NCBI RefSeq assembly: GCF_963921235.1
Contig: NC_086097.1
Coordinates: forward strand, 153,948,001 to 154,012,000
Reading direction: 5' to 3'
Length of the DNA stretch: 64,000 nt
DNA from: Mobula hypostoma
Lineage: Eukaryota
A program made the translations under genes and the position numbers. Within the stretch, counting starts at the first letter, position 1; each line of letters begins with the position of its first letter. Shown one piece after another: positions 49,251 to 59,740 of this stretch. The notes beneath the pieces are model-generated. The model had not been told where the DNA came from. It ran no database searches and worked only from the letters and a program-made list of their open reading frames with translations.

Positions 49251-50383
49251 TAAATAGTACTGTGAAATGTAAATGACAGCAGTGAGTTTGCACTAACCAA
49301 TCCATCATGCATCACTTAACCAAAACTCTCAAAAAGGAATTGATTGGCCATTCACCAGTTTGTGGAAATTTGCTGTGAACAAAATGGTGGTGACATTCAT
49401 TCAGAAAAATATCAGTAACCTCATTTGATGAACTAATTTATTGTATAGGGCATCCTGATGAAAGATAGATGTTTAACTTTATGCAGTTTCCAATGATCCC
49501 ACCTCCTATCCTAAATCTTCTGACTAGCAGAGTGCTCTGTCAATGTCATCAGCTTTTGACAATCTCACACATTTGGACATCGCCATATGAAACTCAGATG
49601 TTATCAAAAACGGAAAACTTGTTCTCTTTTATGTCTTTGTTTGTGCATTGGCAGTAGCAGGCTGTGAGTAAACATATCAGGTATACAATAAACTAGTGGA
49701 CATTTTAGAAGATGGTTGAAATGCAAGCTTGGTATTTCTATATGGGCAAACAAACGATTCTATGGATTTAACAGCATTTCAATCATTTTAAGGTTGGAAA
49801 CTCAGAGATGATTAGCATTGCCATATTTGACCTCTATAAATACATAAAATAGCAATAGATTTACTACTGTTCTAACATCAATGTGACAAGAGTCAAGAGT
49901 TTACAAGCAAGCCACAGGGATTATTGCTAGGGCATGCAGCAGCACTGACAGCCCAAACAAAAGATAACAGTTATTCTAATAATTTATACAAAATGTACAC
50001 ATTTAGACCTGAGAAGCCACTGTGGAGTATCTCTCCTCTGCAAGGGTGAATTGAACTGTGGCAAACAGCAAGTGACAGTAACAAAAATGCTCTCTCTGAA
50101 GTTGCCTTCCACATATTTTATTATTATTATTAAACCGCATGAATAACTCCAGGCAGAACACAAGGATGAGGGCTAGATACTGCCAGACATATAGTCAAGG
50201 AGCATTTTATTAGCGAGATTCATCCTTTCATGGGAAATCAACATTTCAGTCCTAGAAACAATTTGTCAGTGTGAAATCAGCTATCTACAAATGTGCTATT
50301 GTGTCAGATCAGCTCACATTTTTACTTAAACAGCAGCTGACTGCCATATCTGTTATACAGCAGGTTCATGTGGAAATACGCAC

Positions 50384-50386
<3 letters not shown>

Positions 50387-50420
<34 letters not shown>
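50387..50420. repeat. (TG)n microsatellite
   Basis: Perfect TG run with degenerate flanks. Confidence 0.9.
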
Positions 50421-50422
<2 letters not shown>

Positions 50423-52342
50423 CGTGCACGTGTGTGTGCTTGCATGCACGTGTATGTCTGTGACTACATGAAGTTGTGAACGAGAACTGCTAAGCAACTC
50501 TGAAGAACTATTTATAGACCTGAATCATCCAAATATAAAATATAATCTATCAGCATGTTATTGATTATATGATTTGTTAGGGATTAAGTTCTGATTGCAT
50601 GACTTCTAAGGGATTAAACTGCAACCCAGAATAGAACATATCCCTTTATATCAAAGTGTTCCTTTAAATTGCATTGAACTTCTATACATATCAGTCCAAG
50701 GTTTGTGTTACACATATGTCTGGAAGGTGGGTTTTTTTCTGACATTTCTCATTTTCTTGGATATAATACAAGACAATATTTATCTTTCTTTCTATTACCT
50801 CTTCTTCAATTTCTATTATTCATCACCTCTTGAGCTCATCAATATTTACAACAATTGCTTTTTTTTTCTCCCCCTGTGGCACCTTAAAATTATGCTTAAA
50901 ATAGTGATGGCATTTACTTAACACACATAATCATTAAATATTCTTGTTTTCAAAGTATCCATGAAAAAACCCCAGAGACCCCTGGAAATTCCTAAAGCAT
51001 GTCCACTATATGTGGCAAAAAAGCATTCATGAATGAATCTAAGAGCCCTGAGCCCACGCGTTGGAGCATATAGAAGCACAGAGTGAATGATGCAAGCATT
51101 GCGCTACCTCACAAATCACCAACCTGTCTGTGGCATGCACTACTTCCAGTCCACAGAACTAACGGGACAGATAGCTCGGTGGCTAATTTGTGAGGTAGTT
51201 ACAAATCATTTTCAACCCCAGCTATCCATTTTAGAACAAAAATATAAAAGGACATCCTCCTTGATTTTAAAAAAACACACCAAAGCCTTATCTGCATTGT
51301 ATTTCACCTAAACTGTCTATTGGTTTATTTGCTAAATTTTGTCAAATAATGATGAATTTTGATACAATTTTGATCTGCGTCTCTCTGGAGCTGCAGAGAA
51401 ATCACTTAATTGGGATAGTTGTCAGAAAGAAATGGGAATTGCCATTTCTTTTGCTTAGATTGGATTTGAACCCAGGTCCTACAGATAAAGAAGAAAACAT
51501 TTTAATCGCACTCTGTGCTGTTCTCTATTAGTTAGCTTCATCGCTGGGGCAGCAGATTTCCACTGAAAAACAAATCCTTCCGTTTCAGATATATGCAGGT
51601 ATTTCGGGTCACTAGGAAGCTGCAGATTTTTTTCATAAATTATTCAGTGTTTCACATCAGAGGTTTTTTTTCTGTCTTTGCTGGCAAGGGCCATGGTAAC
51701 AAGAGCAAGTAGACTTGTCAATGAAAATTTCATCAAAATGAAAAAATAAAAACTTCAGTTTCACAAAGGGCAAAAGGAGGAAGAAATGAATTAACTAGTT
51801 AATCAGTTTATGATGAGATTAAAATACCATATGACAGTCATTTCCAAATGAATACCATGAACTCTACGTAGGGAGATGAGATCAAAAATCAAATTAACCC
51901 ATATTGTCATTTTCTTTGGTTGTGGTTTACCTGTTGGTATTGATGACACAGTGTTACCTGATACTAGATTTAATGAAATGACTCCAGATAGTCAGATGTA
52001 AAATAAAATTGTCCATGACTGCAAGGATCCTTTTTACTAACATCATAGTTTACTGCTGCATCTTCTAAACCATATGCTATAGGAATGTGTGTAATGTTAG
52101 CAGATTTCTGGCAAAGCAGCAGAGATGTCATTTTAGTTATCTTTGCACCATCAGTTTGGTAATCAGAAAGGCAGTATTAATGGTTTAAAGACGTTTGCTA
52201 TAAAATGGAAAAGTGATCTTGTCACTTTCAATGTGCTTTTTAGTTGATCAGAACTGAAGTACTTGATGCTGCTTTTGGCACTGTTGATATATATTCTCAA
52301 AACAAAAACTAACATACAGAAAACTGAGAATAAGCAGTTAGA

Positions 52343-53330
52343 TTTCAAACTTCAAAGTAAAATTATTATCAAAGTACATATGTGTTGCCATATACAACCT
52401 TAAGCTTCATTTTCTTGCAGGCATTTACAGACAAAAATAAACAAAACAGTATTTACAAAAATCTATACATAAACAAAACCTGACATAATTCAATATGTAA
52501 AAGAAGTCTAATTGTGCAAATTTAAAAAATAATACTGAGAACGTGAGTTGTAAAGAGTCCTTGATAGTGAGTCTGTATATTGTAGAATCAGTTCAGTGGT
52601 GAGATGAATAATGTTAACCACACCATTTGCTGAGCTCAATGGTCGCAGAGAATAAATGTTCCTGATCTTGGTGGTGTGAGACCTAAAGCTTCTGGTTTCT
52701 GCCCAATGATATTAGCAAGAAGAGAACATGGCCTGGGTGGTGGGGATCTTTGATATTGGATGCTGCTTTCTTGTGGCAGTGCTCATTGTAAATGTGCCCA
52801 CTAGAAGGGAGAGCTTTTTTAGTGATGGACTGGGATGTATCCACAACTTTCTATAGTGATTTATGTTCCTGGGCATTGCTGTTTACATACCAGGCTGTGA
52901 TGCAATCAGCTAGGAAACCTTGTGCATTTATAGAAGTTTATCAAAGTTGTTGGTGATGTGCTGCATCTATGCAAACTTCTAAGAAAGTAGAGGCACTGTC
53001 ATGATTTCTTTGTGATGACATTTACGTGCTGGACCTTGATATGGCAAAAAATTTAAAGCTACTGACCTCTGTACCCCTCATGTAGACTGTTTCAAGGACC
53101 TCTAGTTTCTTCCTTCTATAAACGATAGTCAGATCTTTAGTTTTACTGATGTTGACTGTTGTTCCAGATTTTCCATCTCCCTCTTATAGACCGATTCATC
53201 ACCACATTTAACATGGCCAATGACCCTTAGCACTCTTAAATATGGCTGTAGATTGAGACACAACTATAAGTGTAAATTGAATAGAGTAGAAGGATGAGCA
53301 CACAGTCCAGTGGTGCAGTTGCATTGATTG
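52343..53330 (-). mobile_element. Old Rex/Babar LINE 3' portion
   Basis: ttcaaacttcaaagt tail; remnants of ITAWY and IKDPHHPGHVLF on the minus strand. Confidence 0.75.
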
Positions 53331-53539
53331 GACACTTTAGAGAATTAAAACAGACAATATGCCTGAATATGACTTTATGAATAAATTCATATGGATCCAT
53401 TGAGAGTCTGCTGATGACTTTACACTGGCATTTCATCTACGAGGAAAGGTATACCTTGTAGCCAGTTTCAGAGAAGCTTCTGAAGAACTAAATCACCTTT
53501 TGACCCTTTTCCGTGCAGCAATTATATTTGTCTTACTTA

Positions 53540-56500
53540 TGTTACGTACCCCGTAACTGGGTTGCCAAACCAGCAGAAATGGATCACTCAGTTGGAGTCT
53601 GGAGTACTAGGACTAAGAAAGTTTTATTAAAGAAACAAGCAACACATTAATCGAAAGGATAATAAATGCAACAGTTCAGCGATGATAAACGCACATGTGC
53701 ACAGAATTAAGATAACCGCATCAATCAAGCTCTATCGTTGTCTAGGGGTAAATGACCAATTTCAAAATGACTCAAAGTTCAGTCCAGTTTGTAGTTCAGT
53801 TCGCAGTAATCGTTGTCATGGCGATGGACAAGGTGGGGAAGAGAGACATAGAATAGGAACAACTCATCATTCAGCACAGCTTCACTCACAGACCAGCGAG
53901 ATGGCTCACAAACAGCATTTGGGCGGGTCCTTGGTGATGTCACCTGAGGTCACCGACTGTGACCCCTCCTCCAGATGCGGTCGATCCTCTGCAGTGAACC
54001 CGGCACCCAGGCAAGGGCGGACACACACCGGGTTCCCGCTGATCGTACCTTTCCACCCTGGTCGTTGTCTGGCACTTCTCACCCACTCGTGAGAAGCGTA
54101 CCGCTTCCAGGGTCTCGTTACCTCGGGTGGCGTGTGTGTGTGTCTTAGCGAACCTGTCCCTTTTTATCCCCCTGCTGGGGTATCGCCTGTCCATCACTTC
54201 AAACAGTTCAGGGTTCAAAGGGGGGAGCCGCTCCAGACAGCTCTTCCTCCCACATCCCTTCATTACACATCTCCAGACGCTGCTCCATTGTTCCTTATCT
54301 CTCCTTCCCCTGAGGGCAGGTGGCAGACCAACTGCTGATGCCACTGATGCTAGCCCAGGCCAGCAAACATCTTAAATTTATGTGTATTCTCGTAACACTT
54401 CCCCCCTTTAAGGATTTTTACCGGGAGGTAAAAATTACAAACATGACTACATTATCTGATACATACACAATATACATCTTTAACAGTTATTTAGCTAATA
54501 CAGAGAATTTGAAGCTGTCAACACCTTGACAGACAGTCATCACATTTTCTGTTCCTTTTACACGTGTTATTAATAATCCCTTAGACCAGGCTCCAACTCA
54601 GCAAACTTCATAGTGGCCAAAAACACTGATGAATTGCGACCAATGTAACCTCTCATTTGGTTTTGTCCCGGACCACAACAACAAGGGTCGTCCCATTCCG
54701 ACTCAATTTTCCCTCGCAAGGGCTTAGTAGGAGGGGGACGGGTATTGACCGCAGAGTTATTGCAAAACTTCCTGCAGTACCCCACCATCTCCAAAAGCCT
54801 TCTGAGGGCCCTCTTGTCTGTCGGGGTTGGGAGGTCAGCGATAGCCTGCACTGTAGCTTGCATCACTGCCAGCTGCCCCTGTGTCACCACAATTCCCAGG
54901 TAAGTGACCTTCGTGTGGCCGAATTCATTTTTTCCAAGGTTCACTATCAAGCTGGCTTCAGACAGCCGTGTTAAATTGCCAATACACACCTCTGTGTTCA
55001 TCAGCCCTTTAGTCACTGAATTACTCAAAAAATATGGGTGTTGTTTACTTGGCCGCCCTATTGTAACCACAATCACCCAACGTCCCAGTTCTTTGCATTT
55101 CCTCGGGACAATCAAACACATGGGTGCGAGTCGTTTAATTACTCCTTCGGGGATTAAGGGAGAGACCTTATCAGTAGACCTGGCCAAAACAATAGCCTTC
55201 TCCCATCTGACCGATCCCATCCTAATCTTTTCAAAATGGTTTTTTCCTCTTAGCAGGGGGCCCCTAGCTTCATTGATTTCCACGCTAACACCGACTAGGT
55301 TTGTTAGCATATCAAAAGCCGGTGACCGTCTCAGTTCGCGTCGGTCATGATCAATAACATTTTTCCCCCTGGGCAGCCGGTAACTCTCTTTCATGATTCC
55401 ACCAACTGTTTCCTCCAGCACCGCAAAATGTCCACCGGGGGGTACCTCGTGGGCCATGTTAAAAACCTCATCCCCATAACTCTTTTGCACCACCCCCCAC
55501 TCCTCATCTGCGGATGCTGTACTTGATTTCCCTTTCTTCCTTAGCACCTCCTTATCCGCACAATAGCTTGTCAAGGCTGTGTCAGAGAGAGCGGTCTCGG
55601 CCAAAACCATCAGCCCCTCGTCTCGCTCCTGCGTCTGCACAAATTCTTTCCTGGCTACTGCTACGTCCGTCCCAGCTCCCTCACTACCTCTTATCTCACT
55701 ACACCCTGTCTCATACAAGGTTGGCAGAAATGTTTCAGCCAAATTCACCATCGCGGGCGGGGCCTCCATGCTGGCAGGCTGACCCGTCAATCTCACGACT
55801 GGGAACACGATTCCTCCGGCGATGTCATTACCGAGCAAGACTTCCACGTCTTTCATCGGTAATTCGGACCTCACCCCGATCGTGACTAGTCCAGAGACCA
55901 GGTTGCTCTGTAAATGTATCTGGTGCAAAGGGACTGACTCTGTCCCTTCCCCAACACCTTTGACCTCTACCTCCCCAGTCTGGGTCTCTGAGCTAAACTC
56001 TAATACACTCTTCAGTATTAGTGACTGACACGCTCCCGTGTCTCTCCAGATCCGCACTGGAACTGGTTTTAACCTCTTTTTCACTGACACCAGTCCGGCC
56101 GAGATAAACCTCTCGCGCCCTTCCTGGACTTTTTCAGACCTGTCCTTCCCTAGCGGTTCGCTTAACAGCTCAATACAGCCATTCAAAATTTCCGCTTTTC
56201 CTTTCCCCGTCTCCTTCCTTGGGGCAAAGCACCTGGACGCAAAGTGTCCGACTTTCCCACAATTATAACAGACGACCCCAGGAGACTTCCTACCAGACTG
56301 CTCCCGGTCTACCTTATCCTTTTCACTAGTCCCCGGCTTACTTTCTGACTTTTCCGGCGGACTCTCCCCTCCGTCCTGACTACCCTTCTGGTAGCCTTTA
56401 CTCGGGGCAACCTTCATTTTATGCGTCAACGCATACTCATCCGCTAACTTAGCAGTTGCGGCTAACGTGGCTGCCTCTTTCTCATCGAGGTAGGGTCTCA

Positions 56501-58379
56501 TACCCTCAGGGACACAACCTTTAAACTGCTCAATCAGAATCAGCTGCAGCAGTCTGTCATAATCCCCCTCTACCCCTTTCGAGGCGCACCAACGCTCACA
56601 ATATGTTTGCATCTCACGACCAAACTCCAAATACGTGCGGTCCCACTGCTTCCTCGCATTCCGGAACCTCTGCCGGTATGCCTCCGGGACCAACTCATAA
56701 ATCCTGAGGATGGCCTCCTTCACCACCTCATACTTCTGGGCATCTTCCGCGGATAAAGCGGAGTAAGCTTGTTGGGCCTTCCCTTTCAGTACACTCTGAA
56801 GTAAGACAACCCACTTATCCCTCGGCCATTCCTGACTTATGGCCACTTTTTCGAAATGGAGAAAGTACCGATCCACATCGGTATCGTCAAATGGGGGAAC
56901 CAGCCTAACCTCCTGGGTCGCCCGGAACCCTCCACCTTGGTTCGGCACGAGCCCCTGCTCGGCCCTTATCTTTAACTTCTCCAGCTCAAATTCCCTTTCC
57001 CTCTGTTTCTCCTCTCTCTCCAACTGTCTGTCCCTCTCTCTCTCTTCTCTCTCCAACTGTCTGTCCCTCTCTCTCTCTTCTCTCTCCAACTGTCTGTCCC
57101 TCTCTTGCCTTTCTACCTCTCTCTCTTTCTCCTGCCTTTCTAACTGCCGTACCCGGAACTCGTGCTCGAGTCTCAGTTTTTCAAGCTGTACCTGTACCGC
57201 GTCTCCAGCAGGTTTTTCAATAGACACCTCCCCCAGCTCACCTTGGGGAAACACACCTTTAGATACATAGTGCTCTACAATAGCTCTGTGTATCTCCTCT
57301 CTCCTCATTGTCGACTTCACCTTAGCAAGATTCACCCGTTTTGCCACAGCTATCAATTCCAATTTCCTGGCATCCTCTAATGCCTCCAAGGTCGGCGCCT
57401 TTATAAATTCCTCAACCTCCATTTCTGCTGTTTGTCTTTTCTTTCTTTCGGGAATTTTAACCCAATCAATTTACTCCGTCCCAAATTTAGCGTTCAAAAT
57501 CGCGGACGAGAACCCCACTTATGTTACGTACCCCGTAACTGGGTTGCCAAACCAGCAGAAATGGATCACTCAGTTGGAGTCTGGAGTACTAGGACTAAGA
57601 AAGTTTTATTAAAGAAACAAGCAACACATTAATCGAAAGGATAATAAATGCAACAGTTCAGCGATGATAAACGCACATGTGCACAGAATTAAGATAACCG
57701 CATCAATCAAGCTCTATCGTTGTCTAGGGGTAAATGACCAATTTCAAAATGACTCAAAGTTCAGTCCAGTTTGTAGTTCAGTTCGCAGTAATCGTTGTCA
57801 TGGCGATGGACAAGGTGGGGAAGAGAGACATAGAATAGGAACAACTCATCATTCAGCACAGCTTCACTCACAGACCAGCGAGATGGCTCACAAACAGCAT
57901 TTGGGCGGGTCCTTGGTGATGTCACCTGAGGTCACCGACTGTGACCCCTCCTCCAGATGCGGTCGATCCTCTGCAGTGAACCCGGCACCCAGGCAAGGGC
58001 GGACACACACCGGGTTCCCGCTGATCGTACCTTTCCACCCTGGTCGTTGTCTGGCACTTCTCACCCACTCGTGAGAAGCGTACCGCTTCCAGGGTCTCGT
58101 TACCTCGGGTGGCGTGTGTGTGTGTCTTAGCGAACCTGTCCCTTTTTATCCCCCTGCTGGGGTATCGCCTGTCCATCACTTCAAACAGTTCAGGGTTCAA
58201 AGGGGGGAGCCGCTCCAGACAGCTCTTCCTCCCACATCCCTTCATTACACATCTCCAGACGCTGCTCCATTGTTCCTTATCTCTCCTTCCCCTGAGGGCA
58301 GGTGGCAGACCAACTGCTGATGCCACTGATGCTAGCCCAGGCCAGCAAACATCTTAATTTTATGTGTATTCTCGTAACA
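53540..58379 (-). mobile_element. Very young non-autonomous Gmr1-like Gypsy LTR retrotransposon
   Basis: 858-bp LTRs at 53540-54397 and 57522-58379 with one difference noticed, and TGTTACG...CGTAACA ends. tRNA-Pro-like PBS TGGGGTTCTCGTCCGCGAT at ~57499-57517 (minus). PPT AAAGGGGGGAAG at 54398-54409 (minus). Confidence 0.95.
54570..57422 (-). CDS. 950-aa Gag-protease polyprotein fused in frame to integrase and RT remnants
   Basis: LVPPFDDTDVDRYFLHFEK, YELVPEAYRQRFR and LILIEQF (SCAN-like capsid); CYNCGKVGHFASRC knuckle; RDTGA protease; AHEVPPGGH (integrase zinc finger start); then LIVNLGKNEFGHTKVTYLG..LRRLLEMVGYCRKF (RT thumb). No YxDD or DDE core is recognisable. Confidence 0.9.
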   Translation of the reverse strand: MEVEEFIKAPTLEALEDARKLELIAVAKRVNLAKVKSTMRREEIHRAIVEHYVSKGVFPQGELGEVSIEKPAGDAVQVQLEKLRLEHEFRVRQLERQEKEREVERQERDRQLEREERERDRQLEREERERDRQLEREEKQREREFELEKLKIRAEQGLVPNQGGGFRATQEVRLVPPFDDTDVDRYFLHFEKVAISQEWPRDKWVVLLQSVLKGKAQQAYSALSAEDAQKYEVVKEAILRIYELVPEAYRQRFRNARKQWDRTYLEFGREMQTYCERWCASKGVEGDYDRLLQLILIEQFKGCVPEGMRPYLDEKEAATLAATAKLADEYALTHKMKVAPSKGYQKGSQDGGESPPEKSESKPGTSEKDKVDREQSGRKSPGVVCYNCGKVGHFASRCFAPRKETGKGKAEILNGCIELLSEPLGKDRSEKVQEGRERFISAGLVSVKKRLKPVPVRIWRDTGACQSLILKSVLEFSSETQTGEVEVKGVGEGTESVPLHQIHLQSNLVSGLVTIGVRSELPMKDVEVLLGNDIAGGIVFPVVRLTGQPASMEAPPAMVNLAETFLPTLYETGCSEIRGSEGAGTDVAVARKEFVQTQERDEGLMVLAETALSDTALTSYCADKEVLRKKGKSSTASADEEWGVVQKSYGDEVFNMAHEVPPGGHFAVLEETVGGIMKESYRLPRGKNVIDHDRRELRRSPAFDMLTNLVGVSVEINEARGPLLRGKNHFEKIRMGSVRWEKAIVLARSTDKVSPLIPEGVIKRLAPMCLIVPRKCKELGRWVIVVTIGRPSKQHPYFLSNSVTKGLMNTEVCIGNLTRLSEASLIVNLGKNEFGHTKVTYLGIVVTQGQLAVMQATVQAIADLPTPTDKRALRRLLEMVGYCRKFCNNSAVNTRPPPTKPLRGKIESEWDDPCCCGPGQNQMRGYIGRNSSVFLATMKFAELEPGLRDY

Positions 58380-58647
58380 CTATCTACTTCCTTCAAGAGA
58401 ATTTTCTTTTAATTGACTTTTAGGGATGTGGACATCACTAAATTGTGGTCCATCCTTGGGTATCCTTCTGGTACAGTGAGCTGCCTCTGTGAACCACTGC
58501 AGTTCTTCTGGTGGAGGTACTCTTACAATGCTGTTGACTTGGGAGAGTGGGGGAGGAGAAACTTAGATTCAGAACTTAGAACAAACAACACTGAAGAATC
58601 ATGTGTGACTTGAAGGAGCACCATTAAGAAACTGTGCAGATGTTTAT

Positions 58648-59199
58648 CATCAACAACATCATCATCATCATCATCATTATCATCAGGTACCATGCCCAGT
58701 TGAGCTTTGACTGCCATGGCCCACACACTCCTGTTTCGGGTCAAGTGGATCAATTCATTGGTATTCATTTCCAGTTCTTTGGCTGCTGTCTCCATCATCA
58801 TTTGTCTTTGTCTTCCTCTTGCTTTCTTCCCTTCAGTCTTTCCCATAATTACCATGCATTCTAACTCCTCTTTCCTAATCACATGTCCAATGAAGTTACA
58901 CTGCCTTTTCATGATCTTGTACATTATTTCTCTTTTTGTGTTTGCTCTGTTCATGACATCCTCGTTAGATATTCGTTTCATCCATGATATTCTTTGCATC
59001 CTCCTCAAAAACCACATCTCTGCTGCTACAATTTGTTTCCTCATGTTACTAGCTATTGTCCAACATTCTGAGCCATATAACATACCTGGATAAACGTAAC
59101 ATTTCAGTATTCTGAGGAGGGTTGTTATGCCTAGTTTAGTATTGGTCAGTATACTCATTCTCATAAAGGTGTCTTTTGCCATCCCTATTCTTCTTTTGG
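58648..59199 (-). mobile_element. RTE-clade LINE 3' fragment (same family as 20655-21274)
   Basis: KRRIGMAK..MLYGSECWT..EMWFLRRM, a (GAT)n tail, and tgtttat duplicated at 58641-58647 and 59200-59206. Confidence 0.9.
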
Positions 59200-59208
59200 T
59201 GTTTATAC

Positions 59209-59662
59209 CCAGATGAAAATGAATATGCACCAAAGAAGGAAACCCCATTGAAGAGCATTGAATGACAGCATCAAAGACCAGCACTTTTAAATAAAGTATA
59301 TCTTTAAAGGAGGCAAAATAGAATAGAAGAAAAGAAAAATGCACCTTGAAAAAGGTGAAAATAATAAGCAAGGGAACCAGAAACAAAACACTGACTAAGA
59401 TGCTAAAAATGCTCTCCCAACAAATCTTAAAATCTTAAAATTAGAAAGAGGATATGCAAGTAATGATGCACCTGCTGTTCTTGTCTTTATTAGTGAGTTT
59501 GGGGGAATAATGTAGGCAGGAACGATGTTTTAGCATAGTACACTCCACAGTCATTGTATGCATTTGATGAAGGGAATCAAAGATTGTGATAGTGGATGGA
59601 GTACTGATGAAATGGATTGATTTTTCCCGACATAACTGACCTTCTTCACTCAACCAGACAGC
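59209..59662 (-). pseudogene. Two possible further ITPR-like exons (59472-59662, 59209-59301)
   Basis: Both are open blocks with AG/GT boundaries: AVWLSEEGQLCREKSIHFISTPSTITIF.. and DILYLKVLVFDAVIQCSSMGFPSLVHIHFHL. Similarity to ITPR (NTWVHS..IGTSP..EAF) is weak. Confidence 0.35.
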
Positions 59663-59740
59663 TGAAGATTATTATCTTGTGCTGTGTTAATTGTAGAGAG
59701 GATTCAGTATGTTAGGATGTGAGTCATTCATTACAGGATT

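Larger units (their letters stand above)
50200..53535 (-). pseudogene. Cluster of ITPR-like exons in and after the first RIH region (53455-53535, 51958-52308, ~51545-51660, 51124-51307, ~50680-50882, ~50450-50519, ~50200-50349)
   Basis: RQI*LLHGKG..DLVLQKLL*NWLQ|VFVLRIY (phase 1 matches across the intron); CKDN*NDISAA; DPKYLHI..FFSGNLLP ~ EPRFLDY..VSMNKSIP; KEDVLLYF ~ NADILIET; NIVLYY..LPDICV; SINSSSELL ~ AINEISGQL; DMAVSCCLSKNV. Confidence 0.6.
230..59662 (-). pseudogene. Multi-exon pseudogene of a divergent IP3-receptor (ITPR)/ryanodine-receptor superfamily Ca2+ channel; probably extends beyond both window ends
   Basis: I hand-translated the minus-strand unique DNA. It gives exon-sized blocks bounded by polypyrimidine-AG and GT, collinear with ITPR1 motifs recalled from memory: RQI*LL..G..DLVL (53.5k) ~ RQKLMREQNIL; CKDN*N (52.1k) ~ QQDYRKNQ; DPKYL (51.6k) ~ EPRFL; VLYY..LPDICV (50.75k) ~ VLSYY..FARMCL; DMAVSCCLSKNV..KLFLGL/NVDFP (50.3k) ~ DLILRCMSDENL..RLMLHMHVDRDP; IKLNVVLQF..IGEFTALFRNEF (48.4k) ~ TKLKIIEILQF..ISCLLCIFKREF; TEVWL (39.8k) ~ SELWV; SKLNSIFNVSKIV (10.5k) ~ IKCNSLLPLDDIV; CVAFCIK (5.17k) ~ SVESCIR; KLLRFL (1.27k/0.53k) ~ PILRFL. 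Many in-frame stops, frameshifts and exonic transposon insertions are present. Confidence 0.8.

Noticed and set aside
53682..54375. Duplicated 136/134/82/68-aa ORFs (also at 57664-58357) as a gene pair
   Set aside because: They lie wholly inside the two LTR copies and show no recognisable protein motifs.
54570..57422. Domesticated SCAN/Gag-derived host gene
   Set aside because: It is flanked by near-identical LTRs with PBS and PPT, which indicates a recent mobile insertion.
58523..59386. 287-aa ORF as a novel membrane protein
   Set aside because: It is a chance read-through of intronic pyrimidine tract, a possible pseudo-exon and an RTE fragment with its (GAT)n tail.
230..59662. Functional ITPR-like gene obscured by assembly indel errors
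   Set aside because: There are many substitution-type stops, mutated splice sites and TSD-flanked exonic insertions, and neighbouring young elements have long clean ORFs, so base quality is adequate.
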